DNA of 63,524 bases, filler included, from Folioceros fuciformis (taxonomy: Eukaryota), in NCBI GenBank assembly GCA_049999805.1. It is 11 parts of 11 records of this genome, joined end to end, with 100 filler letters (N's around TTAATTAATTAA, not from the genome) between each part and the next. Parts side by side here need not be neighbours in the genome. Positions count along the whole stretch, not along the records: positions 22,884 to 36,009 come from JBNGIO010002658.1; 10 more parts are not named here. The stretch is one strand, 5' to 3'. Under the pieces are notes generated by a model. The model was not told the origin of the DNA, made no database searches, and was given only the letters and a program-made list of their open reading frames with translations. Both the position numbers and the translations under genes were made by a program. Below are positions 25,118-36,009 of the stretch, one piece after another. Position 1 is the stretch's first letter. The number at the start of each line of letters is the position of its first letter.

Positions 25118-26604
25118 AAGGGTTGTGTATCCAAACAATAACCAACCTAGGGTTACACGCCCCAAACCAAGGTCATTAGAATATCATTACATGATATTAC
25201 AATATGTGATAAATATTGTTACAAAAAATGTGACAAACTACCCTCATATGTAGAGGTGAAGGATGTGCCAAGGCTTGCCTCGGGATGTGCAAAGGGCCAA
25301 ATGAGCCTACCTACTATGGGTGTTAAAGAAGTTGCATTTATCTCCTATGCTATTGTTCTCTTATACACTACTTTGGTTATAGCTCTCTACATAAAATTGA
25401 TCGAAATCCTTTACTAGGACAAGGGAACAATTTAAAAAAAGGAGAAAATTAATGCTTTATAGATCTTTTAAATTGTAGAACGTAATGAACATACCTCTTC
25501 TAAAACATTAGTATAATCCGTAAATATATTTTACAACACTACTAAGAGTTTATCTTTTTAGTATTCACGTGTTCTTAGAACATGTTGCACAATATACTAA
25601 CGGGTTGTTTCCGAACTTTGTTGCACAAAATTTCAGATTTCAAAATAATAAGTATTGTATGGTGCTCCATGCCATCTTGACCTACGGACTTTTTTTTTAA
25701 TATAAGAAGGTTGCTTGTTTAGTCTGTACATTTCATTTGAATCGTGAATGTTTTCTTGAATAGTTGGAAGACGTCCATAAGATAAGACAACATATTTTTT
25801 GCGTGGTGACTTTCTTTTGTTAAGTTGTAATCTTTCATTAAATTGTAATGGCATATTTGTTCCACGCATGAGAGCACTACTTGATGTATTTATTGGCTTT
25901 TTGTGCTGAGGAAGGAAACATTGCATTACCCTCATAACTTGCTTCATAATTTTTTCCATTTGTGGATAATCGCTATCTACAAGATTAAAACAATGTCTAG
26001 TTAACTACCTCATTGCAGTAAAATAATAAACTTCAGACCTAACAAAGTATAGTATATACACAGCACTAGGTTCCTCTCCAACTCTCATATAAACCTAGGT
26101 CTAATCAAAATCAAGTTCCTATTAATGTAGATGGGTACATTTAAGCACTCTAAACAAACAACACGATATCTGCAGCACTTTGAACAAGCTCTTCTACACC
26201 TTCCTCGGCAACTTGGGCTCTCAAACACTCACACAACAGTTACAACACTTCTCTAAAATTGAGATCCATGCACAACAACAAGCAAGAATCTCAACCCTCG
26301 AATGTAGTGAAAGGCAACATAATGCCTGGTCCGTTACTTTACTCCTTTACACAAAGTAGCTAGCCCTCTTCATATAGTTGGAGGAGGTTGCTTAAATTGA
26401 GAATGTTTTAAAACCCTTGGTATCCTTTGTAATGTTATATGCTACTTAGCTTAGAGGACCATTTATCACCAAGCTTGATTCCCTAGTATTACTATTTCAA
26501 TTAAAACTAGGCACACAGACCCACTTCATACTCATCCTCACTTCTTATTGATACAAACTCAAGAAATTTGAAGAGCTCTTCTTTCATGATTTCATTAATA
26601 TGAA

Positions 26605-26650
26605 AGGGTTTAGGGTAAACCCTAAACCCTAGACCCTAAACTCTAAACCC
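26605..26650. repeat. Short interstitial plant telomere-like repeats with an orientation switch
   Basis: agggtttagggt is followed by aaaccctaaaccctagaccctaaactctaaaccc. Confidence 0.65.
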
Positions 26651-27149
26651 AAGAAAAACACTCAAGCAATTGTAAATAAGAGAATGATTCAAACTTGGTG
26701 TTAGAAAAAAAATACTACCTTTAATATCTTGCATAGCTCTAGTGATGTATTTATGAAGCCGACTACCACAATCTTCAATGAAAATTCAAGCTGAGTTTTT
26801 GGTAAATCAAGTTTCAACAATAAGAAGACCCTTGTAGTTAGCACTCTACATAAAACATAATGTGGAGATGAACTATAACTTTTGTTCCCTTACATATATA
26901 GTTGAAGCTTGCCCAAAATACTAATTCTAGAAATCTATAAAAACAATACATTATAAGCTCTTTTTAACCTCTTTAAGAAAGTAGAAATGTGCTTTCCTTT
27001 TTTATCTCCACGTTTCTTCTTATCCTTCCATAAGGGTATCTGCCATATTTAGTTACTTTTATTTTCATTTTTTATTCTATTTTTACTTGAATCTAATAAT
27101 ATTACTAATATTTTAGAGTATGTCATGAAAGGCAAGTGTGTTTTTTATG

Positions 27150-27186
27150 ACCCACCTCCGCTTTTAAGCGAAGGTGGGTTCACTCG
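27150..27186 (+). mobile_element. Putative Helitron 3' terminus (hairpin plus CTRR-like end) closing an AT-rich block from about 25120
   Basis: acccacctccgctt-tt-aagcgaaggtgggt forms a 14-bp stem with 1 mismatch, followed by tca-CTCG-t. Base composition changes sharply afterwards. Confidence 0.5.
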
Positions 27187-27327
27187 TCAACCACAAGATT
27201 ATGAGAGCAATCGACAACAAGGCGAGGACTCTTCCTGACCAATGGACTTGTGTCTTGTGGAAGGATCTAATAATATATAGTTTTGAGGACCTCGGATGGA
27301 AGGATTGCACAACGCACATGAGTCAGG

Positions 27328-30300
27328 ATGGTTGTGGCCGTAGGGAGCCTCGCAATTGAGGATGTCTTGAATTCGAGAGTATGTCTAGCTGAGGGTAGGA
27401 GACAGATTAGCTTCGGGCAAAGAGAGTCCCACGAGGTCCGCAGGTTTAACCAATTGTACAAGCCAGCTCGGGTGCATGCGCAGCTTGCTGCCAAGAACGA
27501 TAGGGGCGTGACGTCCGAAACCGTGCGCAAGCTTTGTTATGATGGCCAGCTCGCTAAGGCTGTTACGGCTTTGGATGTTCTGGTGAACACAGAGCGTTTC
27601 ATTTCCAGATCTCTCTTTTACACTGTACTGAAGCAATGTATGGTGAAGAAGGATCTTGTGTTAGGTAGCCGCGTCCATGATTTCACGGTGAAGAAGGGGT
27701 ACGAGTCGGACACGTTCCTGTGCAACCACATCCTTCGTATGTATGCTTCTCATGGCAGGTTGCAAGACGCGATGGATGTGTTTGAAGGCGTTGCTCGACC
27801 AGATGCCTTCATGTGGTCTTCTGTAATTTCTGCGCATGTCAAACGTGGAGAGGACAAAACGGCAATTCAACTTTATTATCGAATGCGTGAGTCCAATGTG
27901 AAGCCAGATGGGCATGTATTTGTGGCAGCCCTTCAGGCTTGTGCGAGGGGGTCAGACCTGAAAGCTGGGCAGCAGGTGCATGCTGATGTGTTGGCCACCG
28001 GAGTTGAGCCTGATTTGTTTGTCGGTAACAGTTTGCTGAACATGTATACAAAGTGTGGCAGCTTGGAGGAGGCTGAAGAAGTTTTTGCCACACTTGGTCA
28101 GAAAGATGTAATAACATGGAATGCCATGATAGCAGGGTATTCCAAGCGGGGTATGGGGCCGGAAGCCCTCCGTCTCTACACTGCTATGCCAAAAGCAGGC
28201 ATTTCTGGACCCAATTCTGTGACATTTGTGTGCCTCTTGCAGGCTTGTGCAAGTGTGGGCACACCAGCTTTGGAAAGTGGGCGGCAACTTCATGCACGAA
28301 TAAAGGAAGGAGGACATGAAGCTGATTTGTTTGTGGCCAACAGTTTGGTAAATATGTATGCCAAGTGTGGCAGCTTGGAAGATGCTCAGAGAGTCTTCGA
28401 CGGACTTGGTTACAAGGATGTGGTGACGTGGACCGCCCTGATAGCAGGATATTCCCAGCAGGGTATGGGGCAGCAAGCCATTTGTCTTTACAGTGCTATG
28501 CAAGAAGAAGGCATTGCTGTGCCTAATCCCTTGACTGTTGTGTTTCTTCTGCAGGCATGTGTAAGCTTGGGCTCCCTGGCTTTGGAGACAGGGAAGCAGC
28601 TCCACTCGCAAATTAGAGAACGAGGGCTAGAAGCTGACGTGTTTGTAGCCAGCAGTTTGGTGAACATGTACGTGAAGTGTGGCAGCTTGGAGGAAGCACA
28701 AGGTGTGTTTGACGGACTCGGTCAAAAGGATGTTGTGACATGGAATGCCATGATAGCAGGGTATTCTCATCAAGGTGTGGGGCGGGAAGCCCTCCGTCTC
28801 TACAACGCAATGCATGATGAAGGCATAGTTGTACCCAATTCAGTGACTTTCGTGTGCCTCCTGCAGGCATGTGCAAGTGTTGGCACCCCAGCGTTTGAGA
28901 AGGGTAAGCAGTTGCATGCGGAAATTAATGAGAGAGGGCATCAGACAGATGTGATGGTAGCCAACAGCCTGGTGCACATGTATGTAAAGTGTGGCAGCTT
29001 GGAACATGCTCAAATTATTTTTGATGGACTCGGCAAAAGGAATGTGGTGACGTGGACTGCCATGATAGCAGGGTATTCCCAGCGGGGTATGGGGCAAGAA
29101 GCCCTTCGCCTCTACAGTGCTATGCAAGATGAAGGCATCTCTGTACCAGATTCCATTACATTTGTGTATCTACTGCAGGCGTGTGCAAGTGCGGGCACCC
29201 TCGCATTGGAAACGGGCAAGGAGATTCACAAGCAGATCGCAGAACAAGGAGATGCAGCTGATGTGTTTATAACGAGCAGCTTGGTGAACATGTATGCAAA
29301 GTGTGGCAGCTTAGAAGACGCTCAAAGAGTGTTTGATGGACTTGGGGAGAAGAGTTTGGTGACTTGGACTGCACTGTTAGCAGGGTATTCCCAACAAGGC
29401 ATGGGACAGGAAGCTCTTCTTTTGTACAGGGCTATGCAAGAAGAGGGCAAGGTAGAACTCGACTCTGTGACATATGTCTGCCTCCTCCAGGCTTGTGCCA
29501 GTGTGGGCGCCCCTGCTTTGGAGAAAGGGAAACAACTTCATACACAGATCAGAGAACAAGGATATGAAGATGATGTGTTTGTAGCCAGCAGTTTGGTGAA
29601 CATGTATGCAAAGTGCGGCAGCTTGAAGGACGCTGTGAGAGTGTTTGAGAGACATGGTGAAGCAAATGTGGTAATGTGGAATGCCATGATAGCAGGATAC
29701 TCCCATCAGGGTATGGGACAGGAAGCTCTTCGTCTATACAGAGCTATGCAAGGAGAAGGCATTGTTAAACCCGATGTCCTGACATTTGTGTGCCTCCTAC
29801 AGGCATGTGCAAATGTGTCAGCTTTGAATCTGGGAAAGCAGCTCCATGCACAGATTCTAGAACAAGGGCTTGAAGCTGATCTCCAGGTAATCGTCAGTTT
29901 GATAAACATGTACGGAAAGTCTGGAAGCATGGGTGATGCACAGCGCGTGTTTGATACGTTGCCCGAAAGAGATGTGCCCACCTGGAATTCACTGATTGCA
30001 GGCTACAGCTCGCAAGGAGACAGTGAAGTGGTTTTTGCCTTGGTGGAGAGGATGGAAAAGGACGGCATATGGCCAGACTGCATTACATTCGTCAGTGTAC
30101 TAACAGTGTGCAGTCATGCGGGTTTATTGAAAAAGGGGCGGGAGTACTTTGAGCTTATGAGCAGATACTACGACATCACCCCCACAGTGGAGCACTGCAC
30201 ATGTATGGTGGACCTCCTGGGTCGTGCAGGACAGCTGGATGAGGCACTACGGTTAGTTAGGATGATGCCCACACAGCCCAATGCTGCAGTTTGGCACACT

Positions 30301-30615
30301 CTGTTGGGTGGTTGTGGAAAGTGGAGCGACGTGGAGGTGGGACGTCAGGCCTTCAACGAAGCAGTGAAGCTAGACAAGAAAGATGCTGCAGCGTATGTGT
30401 TAATATCAAGCGTATACACGGGTGTCCAAATGTGGGAGCAGGCACATACAATACAAGTGAGGAGGAAGATAGCCAGGGCATGGAAGCAGCCAGGTCAGAG
30501 CTGGTGGACAGACGAGAACGGTCTTGTCCATAGTTTTCAGGTTGGGGATAGGCAGCGTCCCCAGAGTCAGGCAGGGCTTAAGCAAATTCTTTGCAAACTG
30601 GAGGAACAACGATGA
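27328..30615 (+). CDS. PLS-class pentatricopeptide repeat protein (about 27 motifs, E1-E2, WW-type PG box; E+), organellar RNA-editing factor
   Basis: Intronless 1095-aa ORF with about 9 P-L-S triplets (VVTWNAMIAGY / VTFVCLLQAC / NSLVNMYAKCGSL). Ends in P2-L2-S2 (CSHAG...CMVDLLGRAG), E1/E2, then WKQPGQSWWTDENGLVHSFQVGD. Confidence 0.95.
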   Translation: MVVAVGSLAIEDVLNSRVCLAEGRRQISFGQRESHEVRRFNQLYKPARVHAQLAAKNDRGVTSETVRKLCYDGQLAKAVTALDVLVNTERFISRSLFYTVLKQCMVKKDLVLGSRVHDFTVKKGYESDTFLCNHILRMYASHGRLQDAMDVFEGVARPDAFMWSSVISAHVKRGEDKTAIQLYYRMRESNVKPDGHVFVAALQACARGSDLKAGQQVHADVLATGVEPDLFVGNSLLNMYTKCGSLEEAEEVFATLGQKDVITWNAMIAGYSKRGMGPEALRLYTAMPKAGISGPNSVTFVCLLQACASVGTPALESGRQLHARIKEGGHEADLFVANSLVNMYAKCGSLEDAQRVFDGLGYKDVVTWTALIAGYSQQGMGQQAICLYSAMQEEGIAVPNPLTVVFLLQACVSLGSLALETGKQLHSQIRERGLEADVFVASSLVNMYVKCGSLEEAQGVFDGLGQKDVVTWNAMIAGYSHQGVGREALRLYNAMHDEGIVVPNSVTFVCLLQACASVGTPAFEKGKQLHAEINERGHQTDVMVANSLVHMYVKCGSLEHAQIIFDGLGKRNVVTWTAMIAGYSQRGMGQEALRLYSAMQDEGISVPDSITFVYLLQACASAGTLALETGKEIHKQIAEQGDAADVFITSSLVNMYAKCGSLEDAQRVFDGLGEKSLVTWTALLAGYSQQGMGQEALLLYRAMQEEGKVELDSVTYVCLLQACASVGAPALEKGKQLHTQIREQGYEDDVFVASSLVNMYAKCGSLKDAVRVFERHGEANVVMWNAMIAGYSHQGMGQEALRLYRAMQGEGIVKPDVLTFVCLLQACANVSALNLGKQLHAQILEQGLEADLQVIVSLINMYGKSGSMGDAQRVFDTLPERDVPTWNSLIAGYSSQGDSEVVFALVERMEKDGIWPDCITFVSVLTVCSHAGLLKKGREYFELMSRYYDITPTVEHCTCMVDLLGRAGQLDEALRLVRMMPTQPNAAVWHTLLGGCGKWSDVEVGRQAFNEAVKLDKKDAAAYVLISSVYTGVQMWEQAHTIQVRRKIARAWKQPGQSWWTDENGLVHSFQVGDRQRPQSQAGLKQILCKLEEQR

Positions 30616-30722
30616 GTCCCACGTTGGAGTAGTCGCGGACAGACCTATTCGATGATGATGGAAAAGGAGATTTGTGCCAACATAGCGGCGAGCTCGCTAT
30701 TGCAAGTGCTTTTACCAGCTAA
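30616..30722 (+). pseudogene. Decayed DYW deaminase remnant behind the PPR stop codon
   Basis: After TGA comes VP, then a frameshift, then DLFDDDGKGDLCQHSGELAIASAF*. This matches the DYW segment GYVP...LCxHSEKLAIA. Confidence 0.75.
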
Positions 30723-30938
30723 TCAGCTGCTCGGTGTTGATCACCACAGCAAGTACAATCCGAAAGGTGGAATACCTCTGGTCTTCAAGATCTTAGGTTG
30801 AGTTAGGTCGCAAACTCCTGGATTCTGTTGGGATCGGGACGAAGCCCTTCCCGTCATGAAACATGTGTCGTGGTGAAGGTGGTGGTGCTGAGCCGGTAGG
30901 GTTGAAGGGTTCGTGCCTTTCGCATCCATCTAGGAGGC

Positions 30939-33900
30939 ATGGCTGTCGCTATTGAGTCGATTGACGGGCAACAGGATCCGTTGTGGGCACAGTTTTCGTG
31001 GACCCAGCGAAGTGACGGATTAGCAGGTCAGCTACGGAGAGCTCATGCGCCCCTGACTGCAGGGGAGCAAACTGCGGGGTGCGGCAGAGTCGCCCGTAAC
31101 GCGGCCCGGCCACGGGGATATCTTGGTGGGAATGGATATTCTACCACCCTTCGGCGGGATTACAGGCACACTAAGTCGCGCACGCGTTGGCGCGATTTCC
31201 AGCAGGAGGAATTCCAGAGGGTTCTCTGGGCGAAAAATTCTTACAAGCTGGACTCCCTGGATGGGCAGCTTGTTTCTTTGAATATAGAAATGTGCCCTGG
31301 GGCGGCGTGCAAATCCAGTTGGAGCTTGCTGGGCGATACTGAATCTGGCAGACGTACGGGATTCGAACGGAGCATAACTGCTGAAACCGTGAGCACCTTG
31401 TGTCATGAAGGCCATCTGGCTCAGTCGATTGAGGCTTTGAGAATTCTGATGGAGACACAGTCTTTTGTTCCGAGATCTCGCTTCTACGCTGTTCTGAAAG
31501 ACTGTGTAGTCAAGAAGGATCTTGCTCTTGGTCGCCGCGTCCATGCTTTGATGGTGAAAAGGGGTATGATCCCTAGACGTTCCTGTGCAACCACATCTTG
31601 CGGATGTATGCTTCTTATGGCAAGTTGCGAGACGTGATGGATGTGTTTGAGCCGTCGTTGAACCGGATGTCTTCATGTGGTCCTCTTTAATTTCTTCTCA
31701 TGTCAAACACGGGCAAAACAAGCAGGCTGTACAACTATATCATCGCATGCGTAGATCAAGCGTGAAGCCGGATGGGCATGTCTTTGTAGCTGCCCTTCAG
31801 GCTTGCGCAAGGGGAGGGGACTTGAAAACTGGACAAGAGCTGCATGCAGATCTGTTGGGCAGTGGGACTGAGTCTGATTTGGTTGGCTGTAATCGCTTGG
31901 TCGACATGTAGGCAAAGTGTGGTAGCTTGGAAGCCGCCGAAAACGTGTTCGATGGGCTTGGTCGAAAAAATGTCGTGACTTGGAATGCCATGTTGGCAGG
32001 TTTACTCCCAGCAGGGCATGGGCATAAGGCCTTTGGTCTATCACTGCTATGCAAGACGAAGGCCTGATCATGCCTGATACAGTGACATTCGTGTGCCTCC
32101 TGCAGGCATGTGCAAGCATGGGAGCCCCAGCTTTGGAGAAAGGAAAGCAGCTGCATGCGCGGATTACAGAGCAAGGGAATGAAGCTGATTCGTTGGCGGC
32201 CAGCAGTCTGGTGAACATGTATGCCAAGTGTGGTAGCGTGGAGTATGCTAAGACCTTGTTTGACGGGCTTGGTAAAAACGATGTGGCAACGTGGAATGCC
32301 ATGATTGCAGGATACTCACTGCAGGGTAGGGGGCACAAGGCGATTCAGCTTTACAGTGCTATGGAAGAAGAAGGCATAGCTGTACCTAAGTCTGTTACAT
32401 TTGTGTGCCTTCTGCAGTTATCTACGAGTGTGGGCACCCCAGGTTTGGAGAAGGGAAAGCAGCTCCATGTTCACATCAGAGAACGGGGACACGGAGCTGA
32501 TGAATTTATGCTACCAGTCTGGTGGACATGTATTTAGAGTGCGGGAGCTTGGAAGACGCGCAGAGAGTGTTTGACGGACTTAATCAGAAGGATGTGGTAA
32601 TGTGGACTGCCACGATAGGGGATATTCCCAGCATGGGAGGGGGGCAGGAAGCCCTTGGTCTCTAGAGTGCTATGCAGGAAGAAAGCATTGCTGTACCTGA
32701 TTCCGTGATATTTGTGTGCCTCCTGCAGGCATGCGCAAGCGTGGGTGCCCCAGAGTTGGAGCAGGGGAGGCAGCTCCATACACAAATTAGAGAAGGAGGA
32801 CATCAAGCTGGTGTGCCTGTAGCCAACAGTTTGGTGAACATGTATGCAAAGTGTGGCAGCTTGGAAGATGCTCAGAGAGTGTTTGATGGACTTGGTCACA
32901 AAGACATCGTAACGTGGATTGCCATGATTGCAGGATATTCCCAGCAGGGCATGGGGCAGGGAGCCCTTCAACTTTATGAAGCCATGCAACAAGAGGCCAT
33001 GGTTGCTCTGGATCCCATTGCTTTTCCGTGCCCTCTCCAGGCTCGTGCAACCGTGGGCTCCCCAGCTTTGGAGACGGGGAAGCAGCTTCATATGCAGATT
33101 ACAGAACTAGGGCATGAAGCTGAGTGTTTGTAGCCAACAGTTTGGTGAACATGTATGCAAAGTGTGGGAGCTTAGAAGATGCCCAGATCATCTTTGACGG
33201 GCTTGTTGAGAAGGATGGTGTGACATGGAACGCCATTATTGCAGCAGATGCTCAGCAGGGTATGGTGCAGGAAGCCCTGGCTGGCCCTTTTCATTGCCAT
33301 GCAGGAAGAAGGCGCCGCTAGACCTGACCCTGTGACATTTGTGTGCCTCGTACATTCATGTGCAACAGTGGCAACTGTGCATCTGGGAAGTCAGCAACAT
33401 GCCCAGATCAAAAAACAAAGCCTTCCAGATGACCTGTTTGTAGCCGGCAGTCTGATAAACATGTACCGGCAGTCTGGGAGAATGGTTGATGCAAGGGAGG
33501 TTTTCAATGCCTTGCTTGAAAAGGATGTCGTCAACTGGAGTGCACTGATTGCAGGTTACGCCTCTCAAGTAGACACTGAAGCGATCTTTGACCTGTTCAC
33601 TCGAATGAGAGATTCTGCCTTACAGCCAGCTGGTATCATATTTTTCAGTGTTCTAACAGCATACAGTCATGCGAGTTTAGTAAAACAGGGGCAAGAGTAC
33701 TTCGATGCAATGAACAGAGACTACGGCATCTCACCCACGGCAGAGCACTACACATGCATGGTAGACACTCTAGGCCGCGCATGCCATCTGGAATAGGCCC
33801 TGGCTGTGACAAGGACAACGCCTATTCCGCCTAATGCTGCCGTTTGGAAACATTCTGTTGGGCCTACTCCGCCAGACATGGACGGAGCTTGTCTGTCCAC

Positions 33901-34060
33901 AAGCATCTGTTGGACAGACATGGACGGAGTGGTACACAGTTTTGTGGGTGGAGATGAGACGCATTCCACAAGCCAAGCCCGACTAAACCAACCACTTTCC
34001 AACGTGAAGGAAGAAGGATCTGTATCCCATCTTGACTTTTGCAGCATGTTCATATCCTAA
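30939..34060 (+). pseudogene. Tandem PLS-PPR paralog, pseudogene
   Basis: Same N-terminal motif (ETVSTLCHEG...SRFYAVLKDCVVKKDL) and PLS repeats, split over at least 6 ORFs by frameshifts and stops. E region is mostly deleted. Ends ...CWTDMDGVVHSFVGGD...KEEGSVS. Confidence 0.9.
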
Positions 34061-34298
34061 CAACACAATTGAAGGGCCAAAAGCCGATTGCTAGACCTGG
34101 TCCTGTGACATTCTTTGTACCCCTCTTACACGCATCACCAGATACATGCGTCGAAACGGGTTCCTCGCTTTCTTCACGCTCTGATAACGGTACGTCGAAA
34201 TTCGTTGGCTCGAACCCGTACCGAACCGTGCTTTTACAGGCTCGTGTCCCACGCGGGCCCGCGGGTCTTCGTTCGTCCTACGAAGCGCGATCTTTGTA

Positions 34299-36009
34299 CA
34301 GTCACACCCCCTCTAATTGGGAACAATTGGGAGTAGCAAATTGGGAACAATTGGGAGTAGCAAAACTCGTCCCAGACCCCTTTGGGAACAATTGGGAGTA
34401 GCAAAACTCGTCCCATTTTAGAAGGTTCCCGTTTAGGTATTTTTATTTTTTTTTGAAAATAAAAATATTTAAAAAATAAAAAATCCTTTAAATAAAAAAT
34501 TCGAAAGAGCTTAAAAGCTTCTAAAAACTCGAAAATGGTCCCTCATACGACATAGCTACCAAGCTAATTCTAGTTTGCTGGGTTAAAATAATCATCAATC
34601 CTTGATTGATGTTTGAGTTGCTTTCATCCAATGATTAGTAATATGTTTTTCCAACTGAGAATGCAACTTCAAAGCATCAAAGAGTGTTATGTGGCATCTC
34701 TTCCAAAAACATCTTTGTTATTCTCATAGCATTATCTATAGCATCCTTTGTCGTACACGGTCTTGGCGCTATGGTCTCCACTGACGTTGTATCATTCTTC
34801 TCACCCTCCTCATTGACAGGCGGAGGGATTAATGCTTGCCATATTTTGTCCTTTGTAGGAATATACGTAGTCTTAAATCCTTCATCCTCTTCAAAGTTCA
34901 GATACTCTTCAGCTATCATCATTGGATATCTAACATCAACAATTCTTGTCATATCCTCAAATGTTAATAATGCTAAGCTTCGCATGGACTGTTGTAGCTC
35001 TTCTACCTGCGTTTCCAACAAATTAGAGTGATTTTGAGGATTCAACAATTCATCCTTTGGATCATATGGTGTGCTGTTTAAATCTAAAGACTCACGGAAC
35101 TGAGCATCTTGTGCATGCAATTCCGCATTCAAAGTGCTATGTCTCCAACAATTGCACATGGTATGAGGACTCACAAATGAAGTCCAAGCTTTTACTAGCA
35201 TAACCACTGTTTGATAGTCACGATACAACTTGATGCACTCATGAAGCAAGTCATTTGAAATTGTGGCACCTTTTGCTTGGATTGCAAGAGCCCAAATGTG
35301 TACTGCGTGGTCAATCTGTGGGCATATTATTGCTCTATCCCTCATTCCTGCCATAATAGTTGTTGGACCAATGGCAGGGTCCAACCATTTGTCTTTGTCA
35401 TTCACAATCCTAGACAATGCACTTTTAGAAGCCATTGTTGAAAACTTCTTTGTTGTCCATCTAGTCAACTCCTTAAGTGTGCAAGAGTGTTGGACATAAT
35501 ATTTGCAAACCTCTTTCTTTTGTTGCTTTGTTAGGGCAGCATGCTTGCGCGGAAGCTTGGGCAGCGTTGTTCCTACACGTCAAAGAGAATAGGTAAGGAA
35601 CACATACAAAATATCTCACTGCAAGACAACAACTTACAACACCATAAGACAACTTGTACAAATGAAACAACTTATGTATTAGGAACTGATCATAGCATAG
35701 TGTACAAAACTACTACAAATATAGGCCCAATTTTGATGATTATCTACGTTTAATCATATAATCTCGATAGTCTTTAAATTAACATAATCTCAATAATTCA
35801 TGATTTAATCTTGATAAGATAATTTCCTTATTTTTTTTATTTTTTAAAATATATATTTTCTCTTTTTACAGAGGTGTACTTGCATTGGGAAACATTCCTA
35901 TGTACAAAGTAAAAGGTTTCAAGGGAAAGTAAAAGGTTTCAAGGGAGTAAGCCGGGGCGTCCAATTTAAAGGGCTCTCATTTATAGGGTCCCAATTAGAG
36001 GGGTTTGAC
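34299..36009 (-). mobile_element. pogo/Tigger-like (Tc1/mariner superfamily) DNA transposon, internally deleted
   Basis: Left TIR TA|cagtcacaccccctctaattggga. Right TIR tcccaattagaggggtttgac, cut by the gap. ORF 34677-~35570 has CENP-B-type HTHs (LTKQQKKEVCKY...SALSRIV; PQIDHAVHIW...GATIS) and the post-DDE motif AW..VSPHTMCNCW. Confidence 0.85.

Noticed and set aside
30478-30550. U-to-C (DYW:KP / GRP-type) editing factor
   Set aside because: The PG box is PGQSWW (WW type), not KPAxA, and the deaminase is not intact.
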